From sequence record SRR20825019_2807: a DNA stretch of 43,375 nucleotides, one strand, 5' to 3'. Below the pieces are notes generated by a model. The model was not told the DNA's origin. It worked only from the letters and a program-made list of their open reading frames with translations, and did not search any database. Both the position numbers and the translations under genes were made by a program. Each line of letters starts with the position of its first letter. The first letter of the stretch is position 1. This document shows positions 7,716 through 16,334 of this stretch, in pieces.

Positions 7716-9923
7716 TTAAAATCTCAATTGAGCACTAAGTCGAAAATTGAAGCCATTGCTGGGATAGCCATAGAGTGGATTGGTATTCGGATCCAATCCC
7801 GCCACGAAACCGCCGCTGGCCGCATAGCCCAACTCGTCAGTCAGATTGTAGAGATTGGCCTGCAGGCGCCATTTCTTGAAATCATAGGCGACCATGGCGT
7901 CCACCGTGGTAATCGAGTCGAAGGCGACGGTATTGGTGAAGTTCGCCCAGGTCTCCCCGGTGTGGAACAGTCCGGCACCAACACTGAGGCCCTGCACACT
8001 TTTCGGTGAATAGACGCTCCAGAAACTCGCCGTGACATCCGGCACGCCCGCGCGGGTGTGCCCTTGAAGAATCGCGTCGGACTTAACGAATTCCATATCC
8101 ACATAACCCAAGGATGCGATGACCTGCAGCTCATCGGTTAACGCGCCGGCCACATCGATTTCAAATCCGGTCGCTTCCTCTTCGCCGATATTCTCACTGT
8201 AAGTCGCGAAATGGACAAAGGCATCCTCCTTCTGGATCTTAAACGCGGCAGTGTTCAGAAAGATTTTCCCTTCCATCAGCTCCATCTTGGCGCCGATCTC
8301 AAACTGACGCGCCTTTTCCGGTTTCAGCGTATTGCCGTTAGCAGTCACGCGCCCGGGGATGGGCGAGATAAAGCTGGTCAGGTAGCTGGCGTAGAGAGAC
8401 AGCTCGTCAGTCGCCTTGAAGAGCGCCCCGAAGCGGGGCGAAAGCTGGTCGGACTTCGAACTCAAAACACCGGTGTCCAAGGATACGGGCGGCGAACCGA
8501 ATGCTCCCGTGATTGTCTGCGAACCGGTGCGAGCGCTGACCGTTTCACTCTGTTCCCAACGCAGCCCGAGTAGAATGTTCAACCGGTCGTTAACCCGCAG
8601 GAGATCCTGCACCGCGATCCCGAAGTCTTCCACCGTGCCATTGGTGACCGAGTTCTCATCAAAGAAGAAGCCCTGTTGAAACGGCAACACCAGGAAGCCG
8701 AGATCGAGGACCTCGCTGACTGCTCCTGTTTTGTAATTCAGCAAACTGTGATCCACCGCCGTCGTGGTGTCCTTGGTGGTCTCATCACGATAATCGATGG
8801 CGACGAGGAGTTGATGCTCCATCCCGCCCAGATTGAAATCGAGGTGATTCTCCCAGCGCACCGAGTTAAACTTCCGCTCAGGTGATTCATTAAACTGCAC
8901 GCGGTAAACGTTATCAGCCGGGAGCAGTCCTAAATAACCGGTCGGACCAGCATCCACAAAATTGAACAGCCGACTGCTGTCGCGCGCCTCGCCCTGATCG
9001 TAAACATAGGAAAGACGGCTCTTCCAACTATCGCTCACCTGCGTGGCCAACTCGGCAATGAAGCGATGCTGCTCCACTTCGTATCGATCCTCGGCCGAAC
9101 CGTAATAATCGCTGCGACGGCTCAATGGCGGCACCGAGCCGTCCGCCAGGATCAGCACACCACTGTCGGGCACTGTCTCGAGTTGGGAAAGCTCGTAGGA
9201 CACCCATATCTTCGACTTTTCACCGAGATGAGCGGATACCGACGGATTGATATACGTGGTAGTCGATTCCACCTGATCTCGATAACTGCCGGCATCCTCG
9301 TGGCTCGTCACAAAACGATAGGCCAAGCCCTCACCCGCCGGACCGGTTACATCAAAATCGCCCCGATAATAACTGTCCGAACCAAAGGTCGCCCGGGCGA
9401 CACCTTGAAATTCGGACAGAGGCCGCACCGAAGTGAAATTCACGATCCCCCCCGGATCTCCCTTGCCGTAGATGATCGTGGACGGCCCCTTGAGCACCTC
9501 GATCTTTTCGAGGCCAAACGGATTCACCCCCACGTAGGCATCAAGGGGCATCCGAAATCCGTCGCGGTAGTTGAAATTATAAAAACCACGGATGGCATAA
9601 AAGTGTGGGCGCGAATCAAATCCCGCCACGGCGGACGCGCCACTGACATTCTTCAAAGCATCATCGGCATCCACGAGGCCCTGATCTTCCAGCAACTGAG
9701 CAGGCAGCACTTGGATACTGAGCGGAATCTCGGTCAACGAAGCCTCGATGCGAGTGGCCGAATCCGTGGCAACCTCGGAATAACCTTCCGCATAACCTTG
9801 GACCACCAGCGCCTCCAGAGTCTGAATGGGATCCTCATCAGCCTCAGGGTTGGTCTGAGCTGTGACTAAAACCGCTGACCCAATAAAGGCGGCCAGCAAA
9901 GATAAAGGGTGTTTGTTAATCAT
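7716..9923 (-). CDS. TonB-dependent siderophore-type receptor
   Basis: Signal peptide, TonB-box-like 'EALVVQG', plug motifs 'EIPLSIQV', 'IEVLKGPSTIIYG..DPGGIVN', C-terminal Phe. Confidence 0.92.
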   Translation of the reverse strand: MINKHPLSLLAAFIGSAVLVTAQTNPEADEDPIQTLEALVVQGYAEGYSEVATDSATRIEASLTEIPLSIQVLPAQLLEDQGLVDADDALKNVSGASAVAGFDSRPHFYAIRGFYNFNYRDGFRMPLDAYVGVNPFGLEKIEVLKGPSTIIYGKGDPGGIVNFTSVRPLSEFQGVARATFGSDSYYRGDFDVTGPAGEGLAYRFVTSHEDAGSYRDQVESTTTYINPSVSAHLGEKSKIWVSYELSQLETVPDSGVLILADGSVPPLSRRSDYYGSAEDRYEVEQHRFIAELATQVSDSWKSRLSYVYDQGEARDSSRLFNFVDAGPTGYLGLLPADNVYRVQFNESPERKFNSVRWENHLDFNLGGMEHQLLVAIDYRDETTKDTTTAVDHSLLNYKTGAVSEVLDLGFLVLPFQQGFFFDENSVTNGTVEDFGIAVQDLLRVNDRLNILLGLRWEQSETVSARTGSQTITGAFGSPPVSLDTGVLSSKSDQLSPRFGALFKATDELSLYASYLTSFISPIPGRVTANGNTLKPEKARQFEIGAKMELMEGKIFLNTAAFKIQKEDAFVHFATYSENIGEEEATGFEIDVAGALTDELQVIASLGYVDMEFVKSDAILQGHTRAGVPDVTASFWSVYSPKSVQGLSVGAGLFHTGETWANFTNTVAFDSITTVDAMVAYDFKKWRLQANLYNLTDELGYAASGGFVAGLDPNTNPLYGYPSNGFNFRLSAQLRF

Positions 9924-10058
9924 GATTTCGAGGGTGAAATTGGCGGAACTTCACCCCTCAGTGGCAGTGGGTGAACTCCACTGCCGATCAACTCAGCACG
10001 TTCCTTGATTGCAATAGAAATACCCGGCTCTCGCATATTGATATCGAGATGCAAAAAA

Positions 10059-10129
10059 TCATAACATGCTTATCTAATTATAGTTACTAACTATTCATCA
10101 CTGAATTGAACAAGACCACCAAAACGCCC
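10059..10129. promoter_or_regulatory. Operator-like motifs in the divergent TBDR/MFS promoter region
   Basis: Perfect 7-1-7 palindrome ATAGTTA-C-TAACTAT (10080-10094); TCATAACATGCT and ACCACCAAAACGCCC also found near 3567-3626. Confidence 0.45.
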
Positions 10130-10224
10130 AAAGCCCAAGATTATGCTTTGACTCTTCAGCACCAAATGCCTGCCTCGGAAGATCGCCGGATCACTGTCCT
10201 CGATCAATTCCCCTTCATGCCATT

Positions 10225-11472
10225 ATGACCCGTGCATCCCGTTACACATTTGTAGTCCTCTTCTTCCTCTACATCTCGCAGTCTATTCCGGCTAATTTTT
10301 TTATGAGGGCCTTTCAGGTCATCCTCAGGGAAGGTGGGGTCTCCCTTCAGCTTTTGGGGCTGCTCAATCTTCTCATGCTACCGGTGGTGTTGAAGATTTT
10401 CTGGGCTCCGTATGTGGACCGTGCCAGCAGCTATAAGGTCTGGATTACCCCGATGCAGCTCATCTGTCTGGTTATTATGATGGGGTTCGCATTCTTCGAT
10501 TGGGTCTCCAATTTCTGGCTCCTTTTCAGTTTGGCTTTCCTCTACACCATCGCCAGCGCCACTCAGGATATCGGCGTGGATGGCATTGCCGTTCGAGCAC
10601 TCAGCCCCAAACAAAGACCGGTCGGAACCTCGGTCTCCGTAGCCGGAACCTATATCGGCACCTTCATCGGGGCGGGTGCGATGATGATTCTGTATAATCA
10701 GATCGGACTGGAGATGAACGTATTCATCCTCATGGTGGTCCTGGCTATTCCGATCATCTTGTTGGGCTTCTACCGCGAACCGAAAGTGGAGCATTCAGGC
10801 GAACCCCCTTCCATGAAAAGTCTCTGGAAGATTTTTAGCCGGAAGGACATGCGGATATGGTATCTCATTATTTTGAGTTTCGGGATGCCTGCCTTTATGG
10901 CTGGCGCGATGCTAAGCCCCATGCTCGTTGATCAAGGTATCGGGATCGAACGCCAAGGGGTTATCTTTGGGGTCATCTTCCCCGGGGCCGGACTCCTGGG
11001 CTGTGTCATTGCCCCATGGTGCATCAACCGACTCGGCCGGCGGTTGTCACTTATCATGGCAAGCGTGCTTTTCCTGACACAAATCGGCAGCTACTACGTC
11101 ATGGCTGCCGGGGTATTCGGGACCGCTCATTTATTGGACAGCGTCTTTATCGCCATTGGTTTCATTCAAGGCTTCACCGGAATTCTTCTCTATTCGATCG
11201 TCATGGACAAATCGATGGCCGCTTCCGCCGGAACCGACTTTACCGCTCAGGCCACCGTGTATTCCTTGGGGATCATGGTCACAGCGACATTGAGTGGCGT
11301 CCTCGCACAGCACCTCGGTTACAACGGCCTATTCGGCTTGGCCTTCGGTCTCCAACTACTCCACCTCGTGCTGGTCATCGTCTTCGTCAAAGCCGAGCAC
11401 CTCGCCCGACCAAACGCTGATCCTGAAGAAGCGACCGCGCTCAAACTGGATCCTGCGGGTGATACGATCTAG
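10225..11472 (+). CDS. AmpG/RhtX/FptX family MFS transporter (siderophore/peptide uptake)
   Basis: 'LYISQSIP', 'LKIFWAPYVD', 'SATQDIGVDG', 'AGTDFT' motifs; about 12 TM segments. Confidence 0.85.
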   Translation: MTRASRYTFVVLFFLYISQSIPANFFMRAFQVILREGGVSLQLLGLLNLLMLPVVLKIFWAPYVDRASSYKVWITPMQLICLVIMMGFAFFDWVSNFWLLFSLAFLYTIASATQDIGVDGIAVRALSPKQRPVGTSVSVAGTYIGTFIGAGAMMILYNQIGLEMNVFILMVVLAIPIILLGFYREPKVEHSGEPPSMKSLWKIFSRKDMRIWYLIILSFGMPAFMAGAMLSPMLVDQGIGIERQGVIFGVIFPGAGLLGCVIAPWCINRLGRRLSLIMASVLFLTQIGSYYVMAAGVFGTAHLLDSVFIAIGFIQGFTGILLYSIVMDKSMAASAGTDFTAQATVYSLGIMVTATLSGVLAQHLGYNGLFGLAFGLQLLHLVLVIVFVKAEHLARPNADPEEATALKLDPAGDTI

Positions 11473-12470
11473 AATTTGTAACCCAACTGGCTGGAGATCT
11501 GCGACTGTCCATTGGGGACGCGGAAGGCCGCCGTGCCATTGTAATCGTAAGTATAGATCAGTTCCAAACTGAGCAGCTTGGTTAACGCCGCCGATAACTG
11601 AAGCTTCAGGGCCAGATCATAATCATTCCCGTCATCCGGATTCACCAGATAGCTGAAGGTTTCCGTAAAGCTGATCGTCGGTGTGAGTTTGATATCGAAT
11701 TCGTTACTGAAGCCATACTTTGTTTCGTAGGTTCGGCCGGGGTCCGGCACGACTCCGGGGCTACTACTGGCCAAATCCTCCCACTCCCCGTTGACTGCGC
11801 CGGTAAATCGAAGGGTCACCCGTTTCGTCTCTATGATAGTGCGCCCCAGCCCCAGCAGTAAGTCGAAATCGTAGTCCACAAAATGAACCGGGTCGGCCTC
11901 GTAATGAGTTCCCGCATACGCATACCAACGGGTTCCCTCTTTCAGGAATCGCAGATAATCGAGCTTCGCAGTCAAGTCGTCATGATAAACAATCGGTCCG
12001 GCTTCTCCCTTCGCGTAGCTCACATTTCCAGTCAAAATGTTCCTCTTGGTGATGTGGCTGAAATTGAATGCGGTGGTCACGGTCTTATTATCCGACGCTC
12101 CCTCCATCATGCTGAGCCCCACACTGAGCTGAGCCTGAAACGATTTGGGCAGACCGAGGAGCCGCCGCCACAGACCCTCGGCCGGGGCCGCCGTTGCAGG
12201 GGGCGCGCTGGCCGCGACTTGCGGAGCCGTCTTCGTAGCCGCAGGACTCACGGCAGGTTCCGCTCCACCGCGCGTCAGTTTGGCTTTGGAAGCGGCAATC
12301 TGCAGCAAGCCGAACGCATCCGACTGAAAATGGATGACTCCATCGACCGTCTTCACATAGGTGCCGAGGATCACCTCGCCTCCCGCCGTGGTCATTCGGT
12401 CATCTTGGCCGAAGGCGATGTTGAACAGACCCAAGGACAACAGAACGGCCAGAATACGTGCAGCTTTCAT
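11469..12470 (-). CDS. DUF481/YdiY-like outer-membrane beta-barrel protein
   Basis: Signal peptide from ATG 12470, amphipathic strands, C-terminal 'LGYKF'. Confidence 0.75.
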   Translation of the reverse strand: MKAARILAVLLSLGLFNIAFGQDDRMTTAGGEVILGTYVKTVDGVIHFQSDAFGLLQIAASKAKLTRGGAEPAVSPAATKTAPQVAASAPPATAAPAEGLWRRLLGLPKSFQAQLSVGLSMMEGASDNKTVTTAFNFSHITKRNILTGNVSYAKGEAGPIVYHDDLTAKLDYLRFLKEGTRWYAYAGTHYEADPVHFVDYDFDLLLGLGRTIIETKRVTLRFTGAVNGEWEDLASSSPGVVPDPGRTYETKYGFSNEFDIKLTPTISFTETFSYLVNPDDGNDYDLALKLQLSAALTKLLSLELIYTYDYNGTAAFRVPNGQSQISSQLGYKF

Positions 12471-12665
12471 CCCTGCTGCTAAATCGGAGACAAATCCCTT
12501 CATCAACGATAAAACCTCCCGAGCCTTACGGTGAGTCGTGAGCACATGAATCAAAATCAAACCGTCCGCGCTACACTCAAATCCACATTTCGTTGTCCGT
12601 CCGTCACCGCTTCAATCGTTGAATGACCATCCGAGTCATCATTTAATCTCAACCCAAGGAATCCC

Positions 12666-13112
12666 ATGCCTACCCAAACCGTCCGTCTCCACCGCGTTCT
12701 CAAGACCAGCCCCGGGAAACTCTACCGTGCGTTTCTCGATGCCGATGCCATGTGCAAGTGGCTTCCACCTTTCGGGTTCACCGCCAAGATGCACCACTTT
12801 GAACCCAAGGTCGGCGGCACCTTCAAAATGTCATTCACCAACTTCACGAATGAGCAGAGCCATTCCTTCGGCGGCGAATACCTTGAGCTCACCCCGCCCA
12901 CGCGACTGCGCTACACCGATAAATTCGACGACCCCAACCTGCCCGGTGAAATGCACGTCACCGTCGATCTGAAAGCCGTCTCCTGCGGCACCGAACTCAA
13001 CATCGAACAATCCGGCATCCCCGAAGTCATCCCCGCCGAGATGTGCTACCTCGGCTGGCAGGAATCCCTCACTCAACTCGCCCAACTGGTCGAACCCGAG
13101 ATCACACAATAG
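12666..13112 (+). CDS. SRPBCC/AHSA1-like domain protein
   Basis: 'LYRAFLDADAMCKWLPPFGF', 'VGGTFKMSF', 'CYLGWQESL'. Confidence 0.9.
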   Translation: MPTQTVRLHRVLKTSPGKLYRAFLDADAMCKWLPPFGFTAKMHHFEPKVGGTFKMSFTNFTNEQSHSFGGEYLELTPPTRLRYTDKFDDPNLPGEMHVTVDLKAVSCGTELNIEQSGIPEVIPAEMCYLGWQESLTQLAQLVEPEITQ

Positions 13113-13220
13113 TCCAATCCCGGCATTATCGCGTGGGAATCGCTCAAACAAAACGGTGCCTGGCTCGACGTGCCCGACTTCGGCGAACCCAACGATAGGC
13201 GGATGCCGTTGGCTGATTAG
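13113..13220 (+). pseudogene. Possible orphan C-terminal remnant of a Gfo/Idh/MocA-type oxidoreductase
   Basis: Reads SNPGIIAWESLKQNGAWLDVPDFGEP... with no start codon, directly after the SRPBCC stop. Confidence 0.4.
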
Positions 13221-13340
13221 AGCTATTTAAGAAAAGTGTAGCTGCGCTTGAGCCAAAAGCGAAAGCGCGGCACGAGGAATCCACGTTGTCGCTGTGCTCC
13301 AATAGCGGCTACCATTCAAACTGATGGGGCGGATGCCGTT

Positions 13341-13368
13341 GGTGGACGTGCACGTCCCTGTGCGCGTT
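13341..13368 (+). repeat. 28-bp REP-like hairpin repeat
   Basis: GGTGGACGTGCACGTCCCTGTGCGCGTT; related copies at 26736-26763 (+) and 26700-26727 (-) with compensatory stem changes. Confidence 0.6.
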
Positions 13369-13469
13369 GTTTGATCTGTTTTGGGCATGGTGTGATCGAT
13401 CCAATAAAAGCGGGCCATATAATCAGCGTTTCCCTAAACGCAAACTTCTCAGTATCGGATCTATTGCCC

Positions 13470-13503
13470 AAAAAAAAAGCGCGTGATTTTCACGCGCCTT
13501 TTT
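13470..13503. terminator. Bidirectional intrinsic terminator
   Basis: A-run + GCGCGTGA-ttt-TCACGCGC + T-run between convergent genes. Confidence 0.85.
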
Positions 13504-13526
13504 GCTGATCGAAAACACTCCGGAAT

Positions 13527-14138
13527 CTATTTCCACCAGCTTTTCTTTTCCTCCTTCGGCTCGGCGTTTTCTTCCGTGGTTTTCGGAGCTTCCAGCTGCG
13601 CTTGTAAGTCCTTACTCCGGGCTTCTGCGGCCGCGACTTCTCCTCTGAGTTCAACCATCGCTGATTTCGCGTCCTGGAGCTGGTTCTGCAGTTCCGTGAT
13701 TTGCGTGGCAGCCGTCTGGGCAGCCTGATTGCTTTCCGATGAGAGCTGCTCAATCCGGGCCTTGGCTTCCTGCAGGGAATTCTCCAGTTCACTGGATGAA
13801 GTCCGGGCCTTCTTCAGCTCGGCTCGGAGTTGCTTGGTTTCCGCACTGCTTTGCGTCAGTTTCGTTTGCAGATCGCCCGACGCTTTTTGGGATTCGTCGA
13901 GTTGTAATTGCAGATTAGCCGCGGTCTTCCGGGCTTCATCAAACTGAACTTGCTGCGCACTTACTTCTTGTTGGGCAGCTGCCAATTGGATCTGCGACTG
14001 TTTCAATCTGGCCTCCAGATCGTTTGTTTTGGAACCAAAGCCGATGGCGACCGCTGCAATACCAATACAAAGTAGCACGATGACTACGGTTGAGGCTGAG
14101 CTTTTCTTAGCCTGAGGGGTTTTTGGTGAATCATTCAT
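13527..14138 (-). CDS. Membrane-anchored coiled-coil hypothetical protein
   Basis: Single N-terminal TM followed by a Q/E/A/L heptad-rich region. Confidence 0.75.
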   Translation of the reverse strand: MNDSPKTPQAKKSSASTVVIVLLCIGIAAVAIGFGSKTNDLEARLKQSQIQLAAAQQEVSAQQVQFDEARKTAANLQLQLDESQKASGDLQTKLTQSSAETKQLRAELKKARTSSSELENSLQEAKARIEQLSSESNQAAQTAATQITELQNQLQDAKSAMVELRGEVAAAEARSKDLQAQLEAPKTTEENAEPKEEKKSWWK

Positions 14139-14261
14139 AATGGGATGGGGTTAAACCAGCCGTGTTTTACGACTCAACTACGTGAGACCCGCGCTCACCC
14201 CGACTGTTCCGCCGATCCCGCCTGTCACTTCCTTGGGTGCGGAACATAGAAATCGTCACGA

Positions 14262-14327
14262 CATAAGTCCGCGACCCTCCGCCTATTCCCGGAGTCACAC
14301 CTTGACCGGAAACGAAATCGTCCCTCC
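14262..14327 (-). pseudogene. Decayed duplicate fragment of the FKBP PPIase gene
   Basis: 14288-14321 matches 16483-16517 at 31/35 positions; gapped translation GGTISFPVK-VTPG*AEGRGLM vs GETISFPVKGVIPGWVEGLQLM. Confidence 0.6.
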
Positions 14328-14351
14328 TGCTCATCAAGCTAGCGGTTAACC

Positions 14352-14397
14352 AAAGACAAGGGCGCCCGTCCGAGTGATGAAACCCGGCGGACGCCCT
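14352..14397 (-). terminator. Probable terminator of the BON-domain gene
   Basis: Long GC-rich stem AGGGCGUCCGCCGGGU/ACUCGGACGGGCGCCCU followed by UGUCUUU on the minus strand. Confidence 0.5.
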
Positions 14398-14452
14398 GCA
14401 CTCGAGACCACCTAATTCACATGAATAGGCAGTGTCTAAAATGGCCGAAACC

Positions 14453-15982
14453 CTAGTTAATATTCAGGTCGTTAATTACTCCGCGGGCTCCACCCTCCCA
14501 GGCGTTCTCCGAAGCGGCAGAGTATTCACTCCAATCGTCCACAGTTCCGTTCAGGGTGGCGACACCGCCATTGACGGATACGTTGACACGATTCGAATTA
14601 ACGAAAGGGCTCCAGAAGAGTTCGCCCTCAATATCATCCTTTATTTCGGCGTCGCTTTGGTAACTTTGCGCACGTCGGGTGGCAGGTTGATTGTAAAGGT
14701 AAGGCTCATAGTAGGAGAAACTGTGTGGCCAGTAATAATAAGTGTAAGAGGGATTATTGACCACCAGGTTGTTGTTGACCGCCGTGACTCCATTGACGCG
14801 GGTCACGACATCTTCAGCGTGAGTCTTTTCGTAGTAAGAATCGACCGCACCGGTCAGATACACCGCACCCTTCGAGGCAGACACCCCTATCTCGTGACGT
14901 TCGATGTAAGGGTCACGGATCAGTGCTTCGCCCACTGACTGGGCCAGTTTTTCATCAGATGGTTGGGCATCACTGCGAACTTTCAGCAGATTCTTCACCC
15001 GCCAAACTCCCACCGTATTTTCGGCATCGAGCCCAGCAGCACGCTTGGCTTTCATATTATCAACGACACCCGTAAGCGTCACGACTCCGGCATCCACTGT
15101 GACGGCCGGATTAAACGAATTCACGCGAGGATCGAAGAGTAACGCATCGTTTACCGCCGTCTTGATCTCAGCATCAGTCTTATAAACGGTCTTGGTCGCT
15201 CGTTCCATCTCGCGGTTAATCAAAGGATTCACTTCAACCTCTTCAGTATGGACGTGCTGCACGCCGACGACCCAGGCATTGGTAATCACCCGGGATTTTT
15301 CGGCCAGACTGCCGACCGGACCTGCGATTGTAACAACCCCGTTCACAACCTTCGTCGTCAACAACAGGTCATCGATCCAAGGGTCACGCTTTAAGGTCTC
15401 ACTTATGTCAGCCGCAATTTCGGAGTCAGTGCGCATAGTGGTATGGTCGATTTTGAGACTACTTTTCACGTCACGGACACCTTTCACACTCTCAGCGACA
15501 TCTCGGGCCAGACGTTTTTCCTGCCAGGAATCAACGGTGTCGGACAAAGATACGACGCCTTTTTCAACCTCAACCTCGACCTCATAGGAGTCCGTGGCGG
15601 GATCACTCAACAGGGCCAGCTTAACATCACGCTCGACCTCCTCATCCGTGCGGGAAACAGGTTCAACCCTAAGATCATTAACGATAGAGCGAACGCCTCG
15701 AATCGTTTCCGCTAAAGCTACGGCGCGGCCTTTGGCCAACAGATTAGGCACTTCACCGCTCAGAGTCACCACCCCATTGATCGTCGATACATCAATGTCA
15801 TTGGCCGTAATGGATGAATCGTAATTAAGACTGCTTTCCACGGCGATTTTGATCGCCAGATCGTCCGGGTATTCCGGTGCGGCCGATGCCGCCGGCAGAA
15901 ACAGCAGGTATCCCAGCAGGGCGACGATGATCCCTCGGAAACTAAAAGTTAATTTAGGTGTTAACGATGGCATCGTTATCAT
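14453..15982 (-). CDS. Secreted protein with six BON domains (OsmY-like)
   Basis: Signal peptide, six repeats of '(T/S)D..I...V...L..DP...I.V.V..GVVTL.G.V'. Confidence 0.92.
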   Translation of the reverse strand: MITMPSLTPKLTFSFRGIIVALLGYLLFLPAASAAPEYPDDLAIKIAVESSLNYDSSITANDIDVSTINGVVTLSGEVPNLLAKGRAVALAETIRGVRSIVNDLRVEPVSRTDEEVERDVKLALLSDPATDSYEVEVEVEKGVVSLSDTVDSWQEKRLARDVAESVKGVRDVKSSLKIDHTTMRTDSEIAADISETLKRDPWIDDLLLTTKVVNGVVTIAGPVGSLAEKSRVITNAWVVGVQHVHTEEVEVNPLINREMERATKTVYKTDAEIKTAVNDALLFDPRVNSFNPAVTVDAGVVTLTGVVDNMKAKRAAGLDAENTVGVWRVKNLLKVRSDAQPSDEKLAQSVGEALIRDPYIERHEIGVSASKGAVYLTGAVDSYYEKTHAEDVVTRVNGVTAVNNNLVVNNPSYTYYYWPHSFSYYEPYLYNQPATRRAQSYQSDAEIKDDIEGELFWSPFVNSNRVNVSVNGGVATLNGTVDDWSEYSAASENAWEGGARGVINDLNIN

Positions 15983-16035
15983 GGTTCTTTCCTTTCTCTT
16001 CGATTATCGTTGTAACGAATTCGTCGGCATAGCTC

Positions 16036-16052
16036 TGCCCACGACGTGCCAA
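16036..16052 (-). promoter_or_regulatory. Candidate sigma-54 (-24/-12) promoter of the BON gene
   Basis: Minus strand TTGGCACGTCGTGGGCA vs consensus TGGCACG-N4-TTGCW, GG/GC spacing correct, about 55 bp upstream of ATG. Confidence 0.45.
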
Positions 16053-16264
16053 CTATAGACGACGGCCGGAATATTTCAAACCGACTCCCGGATTAGCGTG
16101 TCCCGGAATTGTTCGCACGACTAAACCCTTCCTGATTTTTCAGACCCAAATTGATCCGCATGGGTTTACATGACCGATCCCTCATAGTGCTTCCGCGCAA
16201 CCGGTCTTTGTATTTGGAAATAAAATACCATTGAGGTTTGCGATCCGATTCACCAACCAGACAC

Positions 16265-16293
16265 AACAAAGGCGCGTTTGTTTAACGCGCCTT
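16265..16293 (-). terminator. Intrinsic terminator after the FKBP gene
   Basis: AAGGCGCGTT-tgttt-AACGCGCCTT stem with U-rich tail on the minus strand. Confidence 0.7.
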
Positions 16294-16334
16294 CGTGAAT
16301 AAGAAACCAACTGCGGCGATCGCGCCGCGCGACC

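Noticed and set aside
10020-10100. Canonical Fur box upstream of the TonB receptor
   Set aside because: The best candidate, TGATATCGAGATGCA, is only a weak match to TGATAATnATTATCA.
13110-13220. TAG read-through extending the SRPBCC protein
   Set aside because: The SRPBCC protein ends at its normal family C-terminus (EPEI..); the downstream peptide looks like an unrelated remnant and no recoding signal is evident.
13227-13418. 63-aa minus-strand ORF
   Set aside because: Overlaps a REP-like repeat and a direct repeat, lies just past a terminator and has no recognisable features.
14370-14390. Hammerhead ribozyme core (GTGATGAAAC)
   Set aside because: Lacks the CUGAnGA core and a separate stem II; better explained as a terminator loop.
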